NCBI GenBank assembly: GCA_963812015.1
Contig: CAWETI010000003.1
Coordinates: 64,001 to 128,000 of the forward strand
DNA: 64,000 nucleotides
DNA from: an uncultured delta proteobacterium
GTDB taxonomy: Bacteria > Desulfobacterota > Desulfobaccia > Desulfobaccales > 0-14-0-80-60-11
Direction: 5' to 3'
The stretch's first letter is position 1; each line of letters starts with the position of its first letter. Below the pieces are notes generated by a model, which ran no database searches, was not told the origin of the DNA, and saw only the letters and a program-made list of their open reading frames with translations. Below, one piece after another: positions 11,646 through 23,109 of this stretch. The position numbers and the translations under genes are program-made.

Positions 11646-11860
11646 TGCCGCCGTTCCGCATCTCCTGCGCCCAACGGCCGATTTCCTACGGGTATTCAAC
11701 GACTTTCCCCCGCAACCCTTCCGCATATATCCGGGCTCCCTCCGACGCGGAAGCGGCGCGAACTCCCCTTTCCGTCCCGGCCGAGAGACGGGCAAGACAA
11801 AAAGAACTGAAAAAATAAGCCGAAAATGAGTACTTATCGTAGTTACATGGTGCCAAAAAT

Positions 11861-11920
11861 TTAGGGGCGGGTTTCAAACCCGCCCCCAGACGTAGGTAGC
11901 CGCAGGCTTTAGCCTGCGTC
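11861..11920. repeat. Two adjacent REP-like palindromes
   Basis: TAGGGGCGGGTTTcAAACCCGCCCC and GTAGCCGCAGGCTttAGCCTGCG. Confidence 0.6.
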
Positions 11921-11969
11921 ACGTATAGTTGCCCCAGGGGCTAATGATCCCGCCCCTGAATTATGCTCG

Positions 11970-14579
<2,610 letters not shown>

Positions 14580-14631
14580 TATCTTGAAAACCTCCGTGTC
14601 ATATGCCTAACATTGAGAAATCACTTAAAAA

Positions 14632-14659
14632 ATGATAAGCACCAAAGAAAGCTTGTCAA
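14632..14659 (-). promoter_or_regulatory. Sigma70-like promoter of clpB
   Basis: Minus strand TTGACA-N16-TATCAT about 50 bp upstream of the start. Confidence 0.55.
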
Positions 14660-14715
14660 GTCATTGTGAATATGTGATTACGGAAACCTCTCAAAAAGGG
14701 TGCCAGTAAATAAAT

Positions 14716-14744
14716 TTGACGGAATTAACTTTTGGAATTAATAT
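14716..14744 (+). promoter_or_regulatory. Sigma70-like promoter of the SIR2 gene
   Basis: TTGACG-N17-TAATAT in an AT-rich intergenic region. Confidence 0.45.
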
Positions 14745-14836
14745 GAACTTAAATTTGATTATAATATTTTAAAATTGGCAAGATTTTTAATTTTTCGAAA
14801 TTTTTAGGTTCAACTCTCGATAGGAGGGAATTCCTA

Positions 14837-16276
14837 ATGCAAGTAGGAACAGAGCGCATATCTGAAGTACAAATTCATTTATTAGAAAGAGCTATGGCAG
14901 CGCGCTCCCCAAGGCAGATATTCAGTCTTCTTATGGATCTGATTAATGACGAGGACATAAATGTTGGTGATGAAGACGTACATCCAGATTGGTTAACATT
15001 GTTTGACTCAAAAATTAACTTAATACGCCGATCAGGGCCTTCATCGGCAGTCGAAAAGATTATTAATTTTTTTGGAGAACTTCAGCCCTATGATCGTGCT
15101 ATTCAAGAAATTGATTCAGAAAAACTAAGATTGACTTTCTTACTTGGGGCAGGAGCATCTAAACCTGAACCATCAAATATACCTACCGTCAAGGAACTTT
15201 TACCTCATTTGCTCGAACGTGCCCGAAGGCTTGATAGAGAAGATGTTACAAAACTAGCAGAATTCTGTGAGCGAAGAGAGATAGATAATATTGAGGACTT
15301 ATTAACTGCGGCTCAGCTTGCTACTTTCTGTACCAGAAATTCGAGAGTTCTATTTTTAGTTAATTATTTACTTTATAAAAGTGATCAAGAAAAAATTGAA
15401 ATAGAACCTAGCGCTTGGGATTATCCTCACAGGCGTGCTCAGCGAGCTACCATTGCTGATATTTCTTCGGTTGCTTTTCTTCAAGACACTTTGCAAGTGC
15501 TTTTTGGGCTTTTGGCCAGCACTATGCTCCCTGCTCAACCTAATAAAGCACATCAAGCAATAGCAGATTACGCAAATAGACATCCTAACTCTGCAATTAT
15601 AACAACCAATTACGATTGCTGCATGGATTTAGCTTTAGGAGATATAAACAGGCCTCTTCGATATCGGCTAGAGTTTGTAAATCACGACGAAAAAGATATA
15701 ACCGATGCTACTCGAATGATTAAACTGCATGGCAGCTTAAATTGGTATTATTGTGAGACTTGCCAGGAAGTTCAGCTAGTTGATATACGCCTTTTGCTTC
15801 AACAATATATAGAAGATAAGTCCCCCTATCCAGTTATTGGTATTTGCAAAGATTGTGGAGGACAACGTCGCGGACTCTTAGTACCTCCACTATCTATGAA
15901 ATTCGATATAGCTCCTCCTCTTACACCACTACTCGGTGAAGCACGAGATTCATTTGAAAAAGCCAACCTTATTGTGGTCGTAGGATTCTCTTTTGCAGAA
16001 GCAGATTTATATATATCGCGCATGTTGAGCAAATCTATGCAAACTGAAAACAATCAAAAACTATTAATAGTCGATCCCGATAACAAAATCGTATCACGAG
16101 TAAGGCGCAAGTTCAAAGCTAGTATTCCTAACTTTGATGAAAGTAGAATTTTACGTTTAGTGGGAGATTGCTCAGAAGTTCTTCCCAAATTTTTAGCTGG
16201 GGATTTCAAACATAAAATCGAAAAATCCAAAGCTGAAACAAGAGCAATAAAAAAAGCTGGAGAAAAAACTGAATAA
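14837..16276 (+). CDS. SIR2-like (SIR2_2) domain protein with N-terminal helical extension
   Basis: FLLGAGAS, ITTNYD, IKLHGSLNW, CxxC...CxxC insert, VVVGFSF, LIVDP. AT-rich, with AGGAGG RBS. Confidence 0.85.
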   Translation: MQVGTERISEVQIHLLERAMAARSPRQIFSLLMDLINDEDINVGDEDVHPDWLTLFDSKINLIRRSGPSSAVEKIINFFGELQPYDRAIQEIDSEKLRLTFLLGAGASKPEPSNIPTVKELLPHLLERARRLDREDVTKLAEFCERREIDNIEDLLTAAQLATFCTRNSRVLFLVNYLLYKSDQEKIEIEPSAWDYPHRRAQRATIADISSVAFLQDTLQVLFGLLASTMLPAQPNKAHQAIADYANRHPNSAIITTNYDCCMDLALGDINRPLRYRLEFVNHDEKDITDATRMIKLHGSLNWYYCETCQEVQLVDIRLLLQQYIEDKSPYPVIGICKDCGGQRRGLLVPPLSMKFDIAPPLTPLLGEARDSFEKANLIVVVGFSFAEADLYISRMLSKSMQTENNQKLLIVDPDNKIVSRVRRKFKASIPNFDESRILRLVGDCSEVLPKFLAGDFKHKIEKSKAETRAIKKAGEKTE

Positions 16277-16367
16277 CCTACAATTATTGTCCGATTAGTA
16301 GCCTATCAGGATGGGCTATATTTAGCATGACAGTAAATGAAAAAGAATCATTCTTGCCGGTGAGTCA

Positions 16368-17111
16368 ATGAGAGTGGTGGCCATCATCCCCGCCCGCTTC
16401 GGCTCCAGCCGCTTCCCGGGGAAGCCCCTGGCGCTGATCTTAGGCAAGCCCTTGATCCAGCGGGTCTATGAACAGGCCTTGCAGGTGAAAGATTTGGACG
16501 GGGTCTGGGTGGCCACGGATGATGCCCGTATCCGGGAATGCGTGGAATCCTTTGGGGGCCGGGTGGTCATGACCCGGGAGGACCATCCTTCCGGCAGCGA
16601 CCGCCTGGCCGAAGCCGCGGCCCTCCTTGGCCTGGCGCCCGAGGACATCGTCATCAACATCCAGGGAGACCAGCCGGTCTTTCCCCCGGACCTCATATCC
16701 CAATTGTCCGGGGTCCTCTCCCGTGACCCCGAGGTGGTCATGGTCACCCCGGTGCGACGCTTAAGCGATCCTTCCGCCGCGGCCAACCCCAACACGGTCA
16801 AGGTGGTCTTCGACCGGGCCGGGCGCGCCCTCTATTTCTCCCGGAGCCTTCTGCCCTTCTGGCGGGACGGCGGCCACCCCTATTTCTATCGGCACATCGG
16901 CATCTACGCCTACCGCGTGCAGTTTCTCAAAGAATTCGTCCACCTGCCCCCGGGGCGGTGGGAAACGGCCGAGAAGCTGGAGCAGCTCCGGGCCCTGGAA
17001 CACGGCTATGCCATTCACATCGTGGAGACGACCGGGGATACCCGGGAGGTGGACACCCCGGAAGACCTGCGGCAGGTGGAAGATTTTCTCCGGAAGCAAG
17101 CGCCGGCCTGA
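16368..17111 (+). CDS. kdsB: 3-deoxy-manno-octulosonate cytidylyltransferase
   Basis: IPARFGSSRFPGKPL, SGSDR, NIQGD, ALYFSRS, HIGIYAYR, EKLEQLRALE. Confidence 0.96.
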   Translation: MRVVAIIPARFGSSRFPGKPLALILGKPLIQRVYEQALQVKDLDGVWVATDDARIRECVESFGGRVVMTREDHPSGSDRLAEAAALLGLAPEDIVINIQGDQPVFPPDLISQLSGVLSRDPEVVMVTPVRRLSDPSAAANPNTVKVVFDRAGRALYFSRSLLPFWRDGGHPYFYRHIGIYAYRVQFLKEFVHLPPGRWETAEKLEQLRALEHGYAIHIVETTGDTREVDTPEDLRQVEDFLRKQAPA

Positions 17112-17238
17112 AACCGGATTTTTTTATAGGGGCGGACCGGGGAAAGTCCTGACGGGAAAACGAAAAATACCCCACCCTGCCCTCAATCTCCCCTGCCAAC
17201 CCCCTGGAAGAGATGAAAATTAGGAGAAAGGCTGAAGA

Positions 17239-18441
17239 TCAAAGGGCCGCGTCTGGGGGAACAGTCGATCCCTGGTAATACGCCGGGAATTTCTGGGCCA
17301 GAACCGGCCGCAAGTGCGTGTAGATAATCTCCCCCACCCGGGCGGCGCCGGCGTTGGTGTAGTGCATCAGGTCGTAATAGTAGGTGGAGTTTTTGGGCAT
17401 CTCCCGGGCCAGGTCAATCACCAGGACGCCCCTTTCCCGGCCCACCTCCCGGGTGACGTCGTTGTAAAGTTCCAGAACCTGCCAGGCCGTGGCCCCATTC
17501 ATATCCTTGGACACAAAGCGGTGGCCCAGATCCACCCCGGTGGCCTCATCCACCACTTCGCCGTAGAGCACCGGCTGGGTCACCAGCACCGGCATAATAG
17601 TATGCTCCCGGCAAAGAGTAATGAGTTTTTCCAGTCTGGCTTTATACGGCCCCAAGTAACGGTCGCGATGTTCCTTAATGATGGCGGCGTTAGCCTCTGC
17701 TGAGACGTCTAAATGCGGCAGCGTTTTAAAGTCGATTTCTTGGGGTTTGTTTTGGTTGTTCATCATGACTGACTTGGGAAAATAGAAGCGGTACAGGTTC
17801 AAGGCCGCGCTGGCCAGTTCACTGTGCACCGCCGCGGACGCCAGAAAGCGCTCCAGGGAGCGGGCGTTAAACCCTTGAATCATCTGGTCAAAATCACGTT
17901 CCCCCCGAATCCCCACGTCGTTAATCCCCACCAGGAAGATCACCACCTTGGGCTTCAACTTCACCAGGTAATCCTGCATCAAGATGTAGTGCCCAAAGGT
18001 GGAATTGCCGCTGAGGCCGGCATTATTGAGCCAGAGAGGCTTGAAGTCGCGCTGCAAGTCCACTCCCAACACGTGGGGCCAGGTCTTATCCTCCGCCAGG
18101 TCGAAACATTCGGTGGTACTGCCGCCCACCGTCACGATAGTCAGGTCCCGGGAAAAATCGGCGGGCGGCTCCGGGCCCCGGAACCCCAAGGAATTCCTCT
18201 GATTAATGATGACCTTATCCAGTTTCCCTAAGCCGTGTTCATGGTGGATGATTTCTTTTTTATTGATGGGCAGAATGATTTTGTCACCCTTGATTCTGAA
18301 GCCCAAAGGATTATAAATTCTCAAAGCCAGTTCACAGAGACCTAACACTAAAGTAAAACTTATCAATAAAACCAAAAGATTTTTGCCAATATTACTTAAT
18401 CTGGCCCATTTGGTTGCTTGTAACCGTTCTTTCTTTGCCAT
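17239..18441 (-). CDS. Membrane-anchored SGNH/GDSL hydrolase-family protein
   Basis: N-terminal TM helix ending ELALR; VGGSTT, NAGLSG, GIND, DLMHYT. Confidence 0.8.
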   Translation of the reverse strand: MAKKERLQATKWARLSNIGKNLLVLLISFTLVLGLCELALRIYNPLGFRIKGDKIILPINKKEIIHHEHGLGKLDKVIINQRNSLGFRGPEPPADFSRDLTIVTVGGSTTECFDLAEDKTWPHVLGVDLQRDFKPLWLNNAGLSGNSTFGHYILMQDYLVKLKPKVVIFLVGINDVGIRGERDFDQMIQGFNARSLERFLASAAVHSELASAALNLYRFYFPKSVMMNNQNKPQEIDFKTLPHLDVSAEANAAIIKEHRDRYLGPYKARLEKLITLCREHTIMPVLVTQPVLYGEVVDEATGVDLGHRFVSKDMNGATAWQVLELYNDVTREVGRERGVLVIDLAREMPKNSTYYYDLMHYTNAGAARVGEIIYTHLRPVLAQKFPAYYQGSTVPPDAAL

Positions 18442-18676
18442 TACTTAGCGCTCCCGACTTCATTTTATGTATCATGCGCGCCTCAATTGTCAAGAGGAAT
18501 CCCGACTTAGCCCCAACCCGATTTTTCGTATTGCGGCAAATCCCGGGTAATTAACCGGCATTACTTAATGAGGCCGGCCTGACCTAACCCCTTGCCAGGG
18601 AAGCCGGATTGGACTATAGTCTCGAAAATGGAGTGACAGTGGCCCCCCGGTTGATTCTGTCCGAAAGAAGAAAGCT

Positions 18677-19396
18677 ATGCTGAATCCCCAAGCGCGGCTG
18701 ATTTTTGCTCTGGATGTGGCGGATAAGAGCACGGCCCTTTCTTATGTCAAGCAACTCCGCCATGAAGTCGGGATGTTCAAGGTCGGCCTGGAACTATTTT
18801 TAGCTGAGGGTCCGCAGGTCCTTCAGGATGTGGTCAATGCCGCAGCTCCTGCCAAAGTATTTCTGGATTTAAAACTCTACGATATTCCCGCCACCGTCCT
18901 GGGGGCCATGAAATCGATCTTACCTGGAGTGGCTCTGGTTACGGTCCCCAGCGATCTGGGCCCCACAAGCTTGAAAAAAATTGTTGAGGGGACGGCGTTC
19001 AAAGTTCTGGCCGTGACCGTGCTCACCAGCATGACCGGAGTCGATCTCCAGGCCCTGGGCTATGACTCCCGTTATGGCCAGGACCCTACCGCTCTGGTCT
19101 TACGCAAGGCCAAAATGGCCCAGGAGGCCGGCTGCCATGGGGTGGTCTGTTCGGGACGGGAGGTTAAGGCCGTGAAAGAACAGTGCGGCGAAAATTTCCT
19201 GGCGGTCTGCCCGGGGATTCGCCCGGCCTGGGCCGCGGTCCCCGGGGACGACCAGCGGCGCATCGTCACCCCGTTGGAGGCCATCGCCCATGGGGCCGAC
19301 TATATCGTGGTGGGCCGCCCCATCCGCCAGGCGGAAAATCCCGCGGCCGCAGCCCACCGGGTGGTGGAGGAGATCGCGGCGGGAATGAGGCAATGA
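18677..19396 (+). CDS. pyrF: Orotidine-5'-phosphate decarboxylase
   Basis: FALDV, FKVGLELF, DLKLYDIP, VTVLTS, PGIRP, DDQRR, VVGRPI. Confidence 0.95.
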   Translation: MLNPQARLIFALDVADKSTALSYVKQLRHEVGMFKVGLELFLAEGPQVLQDVVNAAAPAKVFLDLKLYDIPATVLGAMKSILPGVALVTVPSDLGPTSLKKIVEGTAFKVLAVTVLTSMTGVDLQALGYDSRYGQDPTALVLRKAKMAQEAGCHGVVCSGREVKAVKEQCGENFLAVCPGIRPAWAAVPGDDQRRIVTPLEAIAHGADYIVVGRPIRQAENPAAAAHRVVEEIAAGMRQ

Positions 19397-19403
19397 TGAA
19401 AGG

Positions 19404-19466
19404 ATTGGGGAGAGGGAGCCAGGGACTTTTTCGTTTTTCGTAAGTGGCCCCTGTCCCCTCTCCCAA
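19404..19466 (+). repeat. Purine/pyrimidine-tract palindromic repeat (family also at 27348-27381 and 62552-62600)
   Basis: GGGAGAGGG..CCAGGG..TTTTCGTAAGTGGCCCCTG..CCCTCTCCC; the core TTTT(C)GTAAGTG..CCTG recurs in the other copies. Confidence 0.6.
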
Positions 19467-19527
19467 ATCCAGAAGGGAGGGGCGGCCCTGGGGTCGCCCT
19501 GGAGACTAATCAACCTAACCAATTCTT

Positions 19528-20436
19528 ATGGCCTTATTCGAAGCACGTAAAATCTCACCCGTGGTCATCTCCACCGCCCTGGGGCATGACGGCCGGGGCA
19601 TCTTCCCCTATACCCTGCTCCCCGGTTATCGCCGGCTGGTGGCGGCCGTCAGGGACACCGGCACCACGGTGTTCACCAAATCCGCCACCCGTTTTCCGCG
19701 TCGGGGCAACTTCATCCCCGCCAACCCCCTCACCTGGAAATACATCCGGCGCCTCCCGGATATGGGCATGCTCAACGCCTACGGCCTCACCAACGAGGGG
19801 GTGGAAGTCTGTGCCCCGCAGATCAGGCGGGCCTGCGACCAGGGGTTCAAAATTATCCCCAATCTCTATCCCGAGTTCATCAAGGGCACGACCATCGCCA
19901 TCCAGGAGACCCTGGAGGCGGTGGAGATCTACCAACGGGGCTTGGGCCCCCACTTCCGGGCCCTGGAACTCAACTACTCCTGCCCCAACTCCGAGGAGGC
20001 CATTGCTAAAAATGTGGTCCAGGCGCTCCAATGCACCCGGAAAGTGCGCAGCCTCTATCCTCGGCTGTTTTTAATCGCCAAGCTCAGCATCTGTCACCCC
20101 TACGAGTTCGCCCAGGAACTGGAGCACATCGGACTCAACGCCCTCCACGCCGTCAACACCATCCCCTACAATATTGTCTTTCCGTTGCAGCCCTCCCCCC
20201 TGGGAGAGGTGGGCGGCGGCGGCGTCTCAGGGGGGCCGGCCTTCCCCCTGGCCGTAAAGTATAATCAGGAATTGCGGAAAAAAGTCGGCCTGTTCCTGAT
20301 CATGGGCGGCGGGATCACCAGCCGGGATGACGTCCAACGCTGTTTCGACCTGGGCGCCGACTCGGTCAGCCTGTGCACTTTGGCCCTGCGGAAGCCCCAG
20401 GAGGCGGCCAGGGTCGTGGTCAAGTATAATGGCTGA
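19528..20436 (+). CDS. pyrD: Dihydroorotate dehydrogenase (class 1-like, divergent)
   Basis: NAYGLTNEG, ELNYSCPN, KLS, VNT, GGVSG, GGGI; adjacent to pyrF. Confidence 0.75.
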   Translation: MALFEARKISPVVISTALGHDGRGIFPYTLLPGYRRLVAAVRDTGTTVFTKSATRFPRRGNFIPANPLTWKYIRRLPDMGMLNAYGLTNEGVEVCAPQIRRACDQGFKIIPNLYPEFIKGTTIAIQETLEAVEIYQRGLGPHFRALELNYSCPNSEEAIAKNVVQALQCTRKVRSLYPRLFLIAKLSICHPYEFAQELEHIGLNALHAVNTIPYNIVFPLQPSPLGEVGGGGVSGGPAFPLAVKYNQELRKKVGLFLIMGGGITSRDDVQRCFDLGADSVSLCTLALRKPQEAARVVVKYNG

Positions 20437-20539
20437 GGCGGCACCGGCAGTCTGGAGATTTTACCGCGGCAGTAACGGATAAGGAAGGCCATCGGCCACT
20501 AACGCAGACAGCGTGAGGCAGGAAGACCAGCATTAAAAT

Positions 20540-20567
20540 CAAACCGGGGAGTTATTTCCCCGGTTTG
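20540..20567. terminator. Intrinsic terminator between convergent genes
   Basis: CAAACCGGGGA-gttatt-TCCCCGGTTTG. Confidence 0.6.
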
Positions 20568-20719
20568 CTGGTTGTGTGTCCTGCGGGCGGCAGGGATTGG
20601 GTGCGGGCCAGGAGGCGGAGGCTCCCACCACGCCTGCCATCACTGCTTACCTCGAATCTATTGGACCGTCCGAATGTGGTAACCGCACTATAGTATAACT
20701 TCCCACCATCATTCGGGAA

Positions 20720-20760
20720 ATTCGGCCCAGAGGCGGGGTCACCCCGCCCCGGGGCCGAAT
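20720..20760 (-). terminator. Hairpin immediately after the carboxylase/biotin-carrier gene
   Basis: ATTCGGCCC...GGCGGGGT/ACCCCGCC...GGGCCGAAT nested inverted repeat. Confidence 0.55.
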
Positions 20761-20762
20761 TA

Positions 20763-22703
20763 CTACTTGCCGATCACCAGGATGGTGGCGTCTTTGGCGA
20801 CGGAGGCGCCGGGCTCGAAGTTGATGGCCTTCACCACTCCGGAGGCCGGGGCCGGGAGCGAGTTCTGCATCTTCATGGCTTCCAGGACGCAGACCAGGTC
20901 GCCGGTGGCCACCGTATCTCCCACCTTCACGGCGTAGCTGATGATCATCCCGGGCATGGGCGCCTTCAGGGGTACTTCCCCCGCGGCCAGGGCCGTCCCG
21001 GCCGGGGCCGCCGCAGGTTTGGGCGCCGGCGCCGGCGGAGCCGCAGCCACCGGGCGGGGCGCCGCCACCGAGGTCACCCCGGTGAGCACCGGGGCCCCGG
21101 AGGTGCACTCCACCTCCACCTGGTAGTACTGCCCGTCCACGAAGACGTTGAAGCCCCTCAGTCCCGGACCCTTCTCCGGCGCCGCCTGGTCCAGGGTGTC
21201 CAGGTACTCCTTGACCTTGGCAAACAGCTTCTTCTGCTTGATGGTCAGGTAGACCCCGTCTTCCAGGGCGATCTGCTCCAGGGTCTTGCCCTTGACCTCG
21301 GCGGGGATGGGCTCCAGCCCGTACTTCCACTTGAGGAAGCGCATGCCGGTGGTGGGGTACAGGGCGTAGATCAGGATGTCCCCCTCGTTCTTGGCAATCG
21401 CCTTGGTATCCGCCACCGCCTTGTCCCATTCGGGCTCCAAGATGTCCCCGGGGCGCCCGGTGGTGGGCGTTTCGCCCCGCTCGTAGCCCTTGAGGATGTG
21501 CTTCTGCACTTCCTTATCCATGGGGGCCGGGGTCTTGCCGTAGAGGCCGTAAGCCAGGCCCTGGGTCTCGGCGGTCACCTTTTTATAGCGCCCGAACAAA
21601 ACATTCATCACCGCCTGGATACCCACGATCTGGCTGGTGGGGGTCACCAGGGGCGGGAACCCCAGCTCTTGCCGGGTCTGGGGCAGGTCCTCCATCACCT
21701 CGTGGATGCGGTCCAACGCGTCCAGCTCCTTCAGCTGGTTCACCAGGTTGGAGTACATGCCCCCGGGGATCTGGTGCAGGAGCACCCCGGTGTCGATCTG
21801 GGCCATCTTGGAGGTGTCCAGCAGGTCCCGGTATTTCACCGCCACCTTCTCCAGGTCGTAGCCGATCTCGATGAGCTTGGCCAGGTCCATGTCGGTTTCC
21901 CGGTCGGTCTGCTCCACCGCCACCAGGAGCGGCTCGATGGCCGGCTGGGAGGTGCGCAGGGCAAAAGGCGACAGGCAGGTGTCCAGCACGTCCACCCCGG
22001 CCTCGATGGCCTTTAAGTAGCTCATGGAACCCGAGCCTGAGGTGTAGTGGGTGTGGAACTCCACCGGGATCTTGATGCTCTCTTTCATCCCTTTGATGAT
22101 GGCGTAGGCGTCATTGGGGGAGCACATGCCGGCCATATCCTTCAAGACCACCGAGTCGGCCCCCATGTCCTCGGACTTTTTCGCAAAGTTCACATAGTAG
22201 TCCAGGTTGAAGATGGGGCCGCCCATGCGCCGCTGGGTCAGGGAATAGCACACCGCCGCCTGGAAGTGGGCCATGAGCCCTTCCTTCTTGGCGTCCATCA
22301 GGGCCTTCACCGCCACTTCCCAGTTGCGCATGTCGTTCAAGGCGTCGAAGACCCGGAAGATGTCCACCCCGGCCTCGGCGGTGTAGCGCACGAACCGGTA
22401 AGTGAGGTCGTCGGCGTAGTTCCGGTACCCCACCAGATTCTGGCCCCGGAGCAGCATCATGGTGGGGGTCTTCTTCAGGATCCCCTTGATGGTGCGGATC
22501 CGCTCCCAGGGGTCGTCCCCCAGGAACCGGTGGGTGGTGTCAAAGGTGGCGCCCCCCCAGACCTCGATGGCAAAGTAGCCCATCTGGTCCATGCGCTCCA
22601 TGAAGGGAATGATGTCCTCGGAACGCATGCGGGTGGCCAACAGCGACTGGTGCCCGTCCCGAAAGGTGGTGTCCGTGAATTTGATGGGATTTTTTCCGGC
22701 CAT
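20763..22703 (-). CDS. Pyruvate/oxaloacetate carboxyltransferase fused to biotin carrier (PycB/OadA/5S-like)
   Basis: RDGHQSLLATRM, WGGATFD, KDMAG, HTH metal motif, PPLVTPTSQIVG, Ala/Pro linker, EAMKM biotin site. Confidence 0.9.
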   Translation of the reverse strand: MAGKNPIKFTDTTFRDGHQSLLATRMRSEDIIPFMERMDQMGYFAIEVWGGATFDTTHRFLGDDPWERIRTIKGILKKTPTMMLLRGQNLVGYRNYADDLTYRFVRYTAEAGVDIFRVFDALNDMRNWEVAVKALMDAKKEGLMAHFQAAVCYSLTQRRMGGPIFNLDYYVNFAKKSEDMGADSVVLKDMAGMCSPNDAYAIIKGMKESIKIPVEFHTHYTSGSGSMSYLKAIEAGVDVLDTCLSPFALRTSQPAIEPLLVAVEQTDRETDMDLAKLIEIGYDLEKVAVKYRDLLDTSKMAQIDTGVLLHQIPGGMYSNLVNQLKELDALDRIHEVMEDLPQTRQELGFPPLVTPTSQIVGIQAVMNVLFGRYKKVTAETQGLAYGLYGKTPAPMDKEVQKHILKGYERGETPTTGRPGDILEPEWDKAVADTKAIAKNEGDILIYALYPTTGMRFLKWKYGLEPIPAEVKGKTLEQIALEDGVYLTIKQKKLFAKVKEYLDTLDQAAPEKGPGLRGFNVFVDGQYYQVEVECTSGAPVLTGVTSVAAPRPVAAAPPAPAPKPAAAPAGTALAAGEVPLKAPMPGMIISYAVKVGDTVATGDLVCVLEAMKMQNSLPAPASGVVKAINFEPGASVAKDATILVIGK

Positions 22704-22719
22704 TGATTACTCCTTAGCT

Positions 22720-22770
22720 TATAGGGCGTGCCGTGCACGCCGATTGATGGCGGCCACGGGCCGCCCTATA
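22720..22770. repeat. REP doublet (second copy at about 27388-27435)
   Basis: TAGGGCGTGCcgtGCACGCC + ATGGCGGCCACGGGCCGCCCTA; the 20-mer ATGGCGGCCACGGGCCGCCC is identical at 22747 and 27413. Confidence 0.6.
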
Positions 22771-22808
22771 ACTGGTATCTTCTCGTCAATTCCGGGCGCG
22801 CCCGACGG

Positions 22809-23009
22809 CTACCGCAAACTCCGCCGCTGCATCAACTGCCTGAGCTGCATGGCCGTCTGACGACCGGCTAGGGCCCAGAGGTTCAGGGGCGGGCCCGCCG
22901 GCGCCGCCATCATGCCGGCGGCCGCAACCTGATAAGCCTCTTCCTCGGCGATATACGCCGCGATGGCCCCGCTGATGGCCGCCAGCACCTGGGGTTTGAT
23001 TACACTCAT
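22809..23009 (-). CDS. Small accessory subunit of an acyl-CoA carboxylase/decarboxylase (epsilon/delta-like)
   Basis: 66 aa, LAAISGAIAAY...WALAGR motif, between the two carboxyltransferase genes. Confidence 0.7.
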   Translation of the reverse strand: MSVIKPQVLAAISGAIAAYIAEEEAYQVAAAGMMAAPAGPPLNLWALAGRQTAMQLRQLMQRRSLR

Positions 23010-23109
23010 AAACTCTCTCCTATGAGTAGCCAGCTGCCGGTCCCCAGCAGCCAGCGGGGCGCAATTCATGCTTCCTCTGACTACTGACAACTGACCACTG
23101 GCGACTGCC

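Noticed and set aside
18530..18600. c-di-GMP-I riboswitch-like start GGCAAATCCCGGGTAA upstream of pyrF
   Set aside because: It lacks the following GACGCAAAG and second stem.
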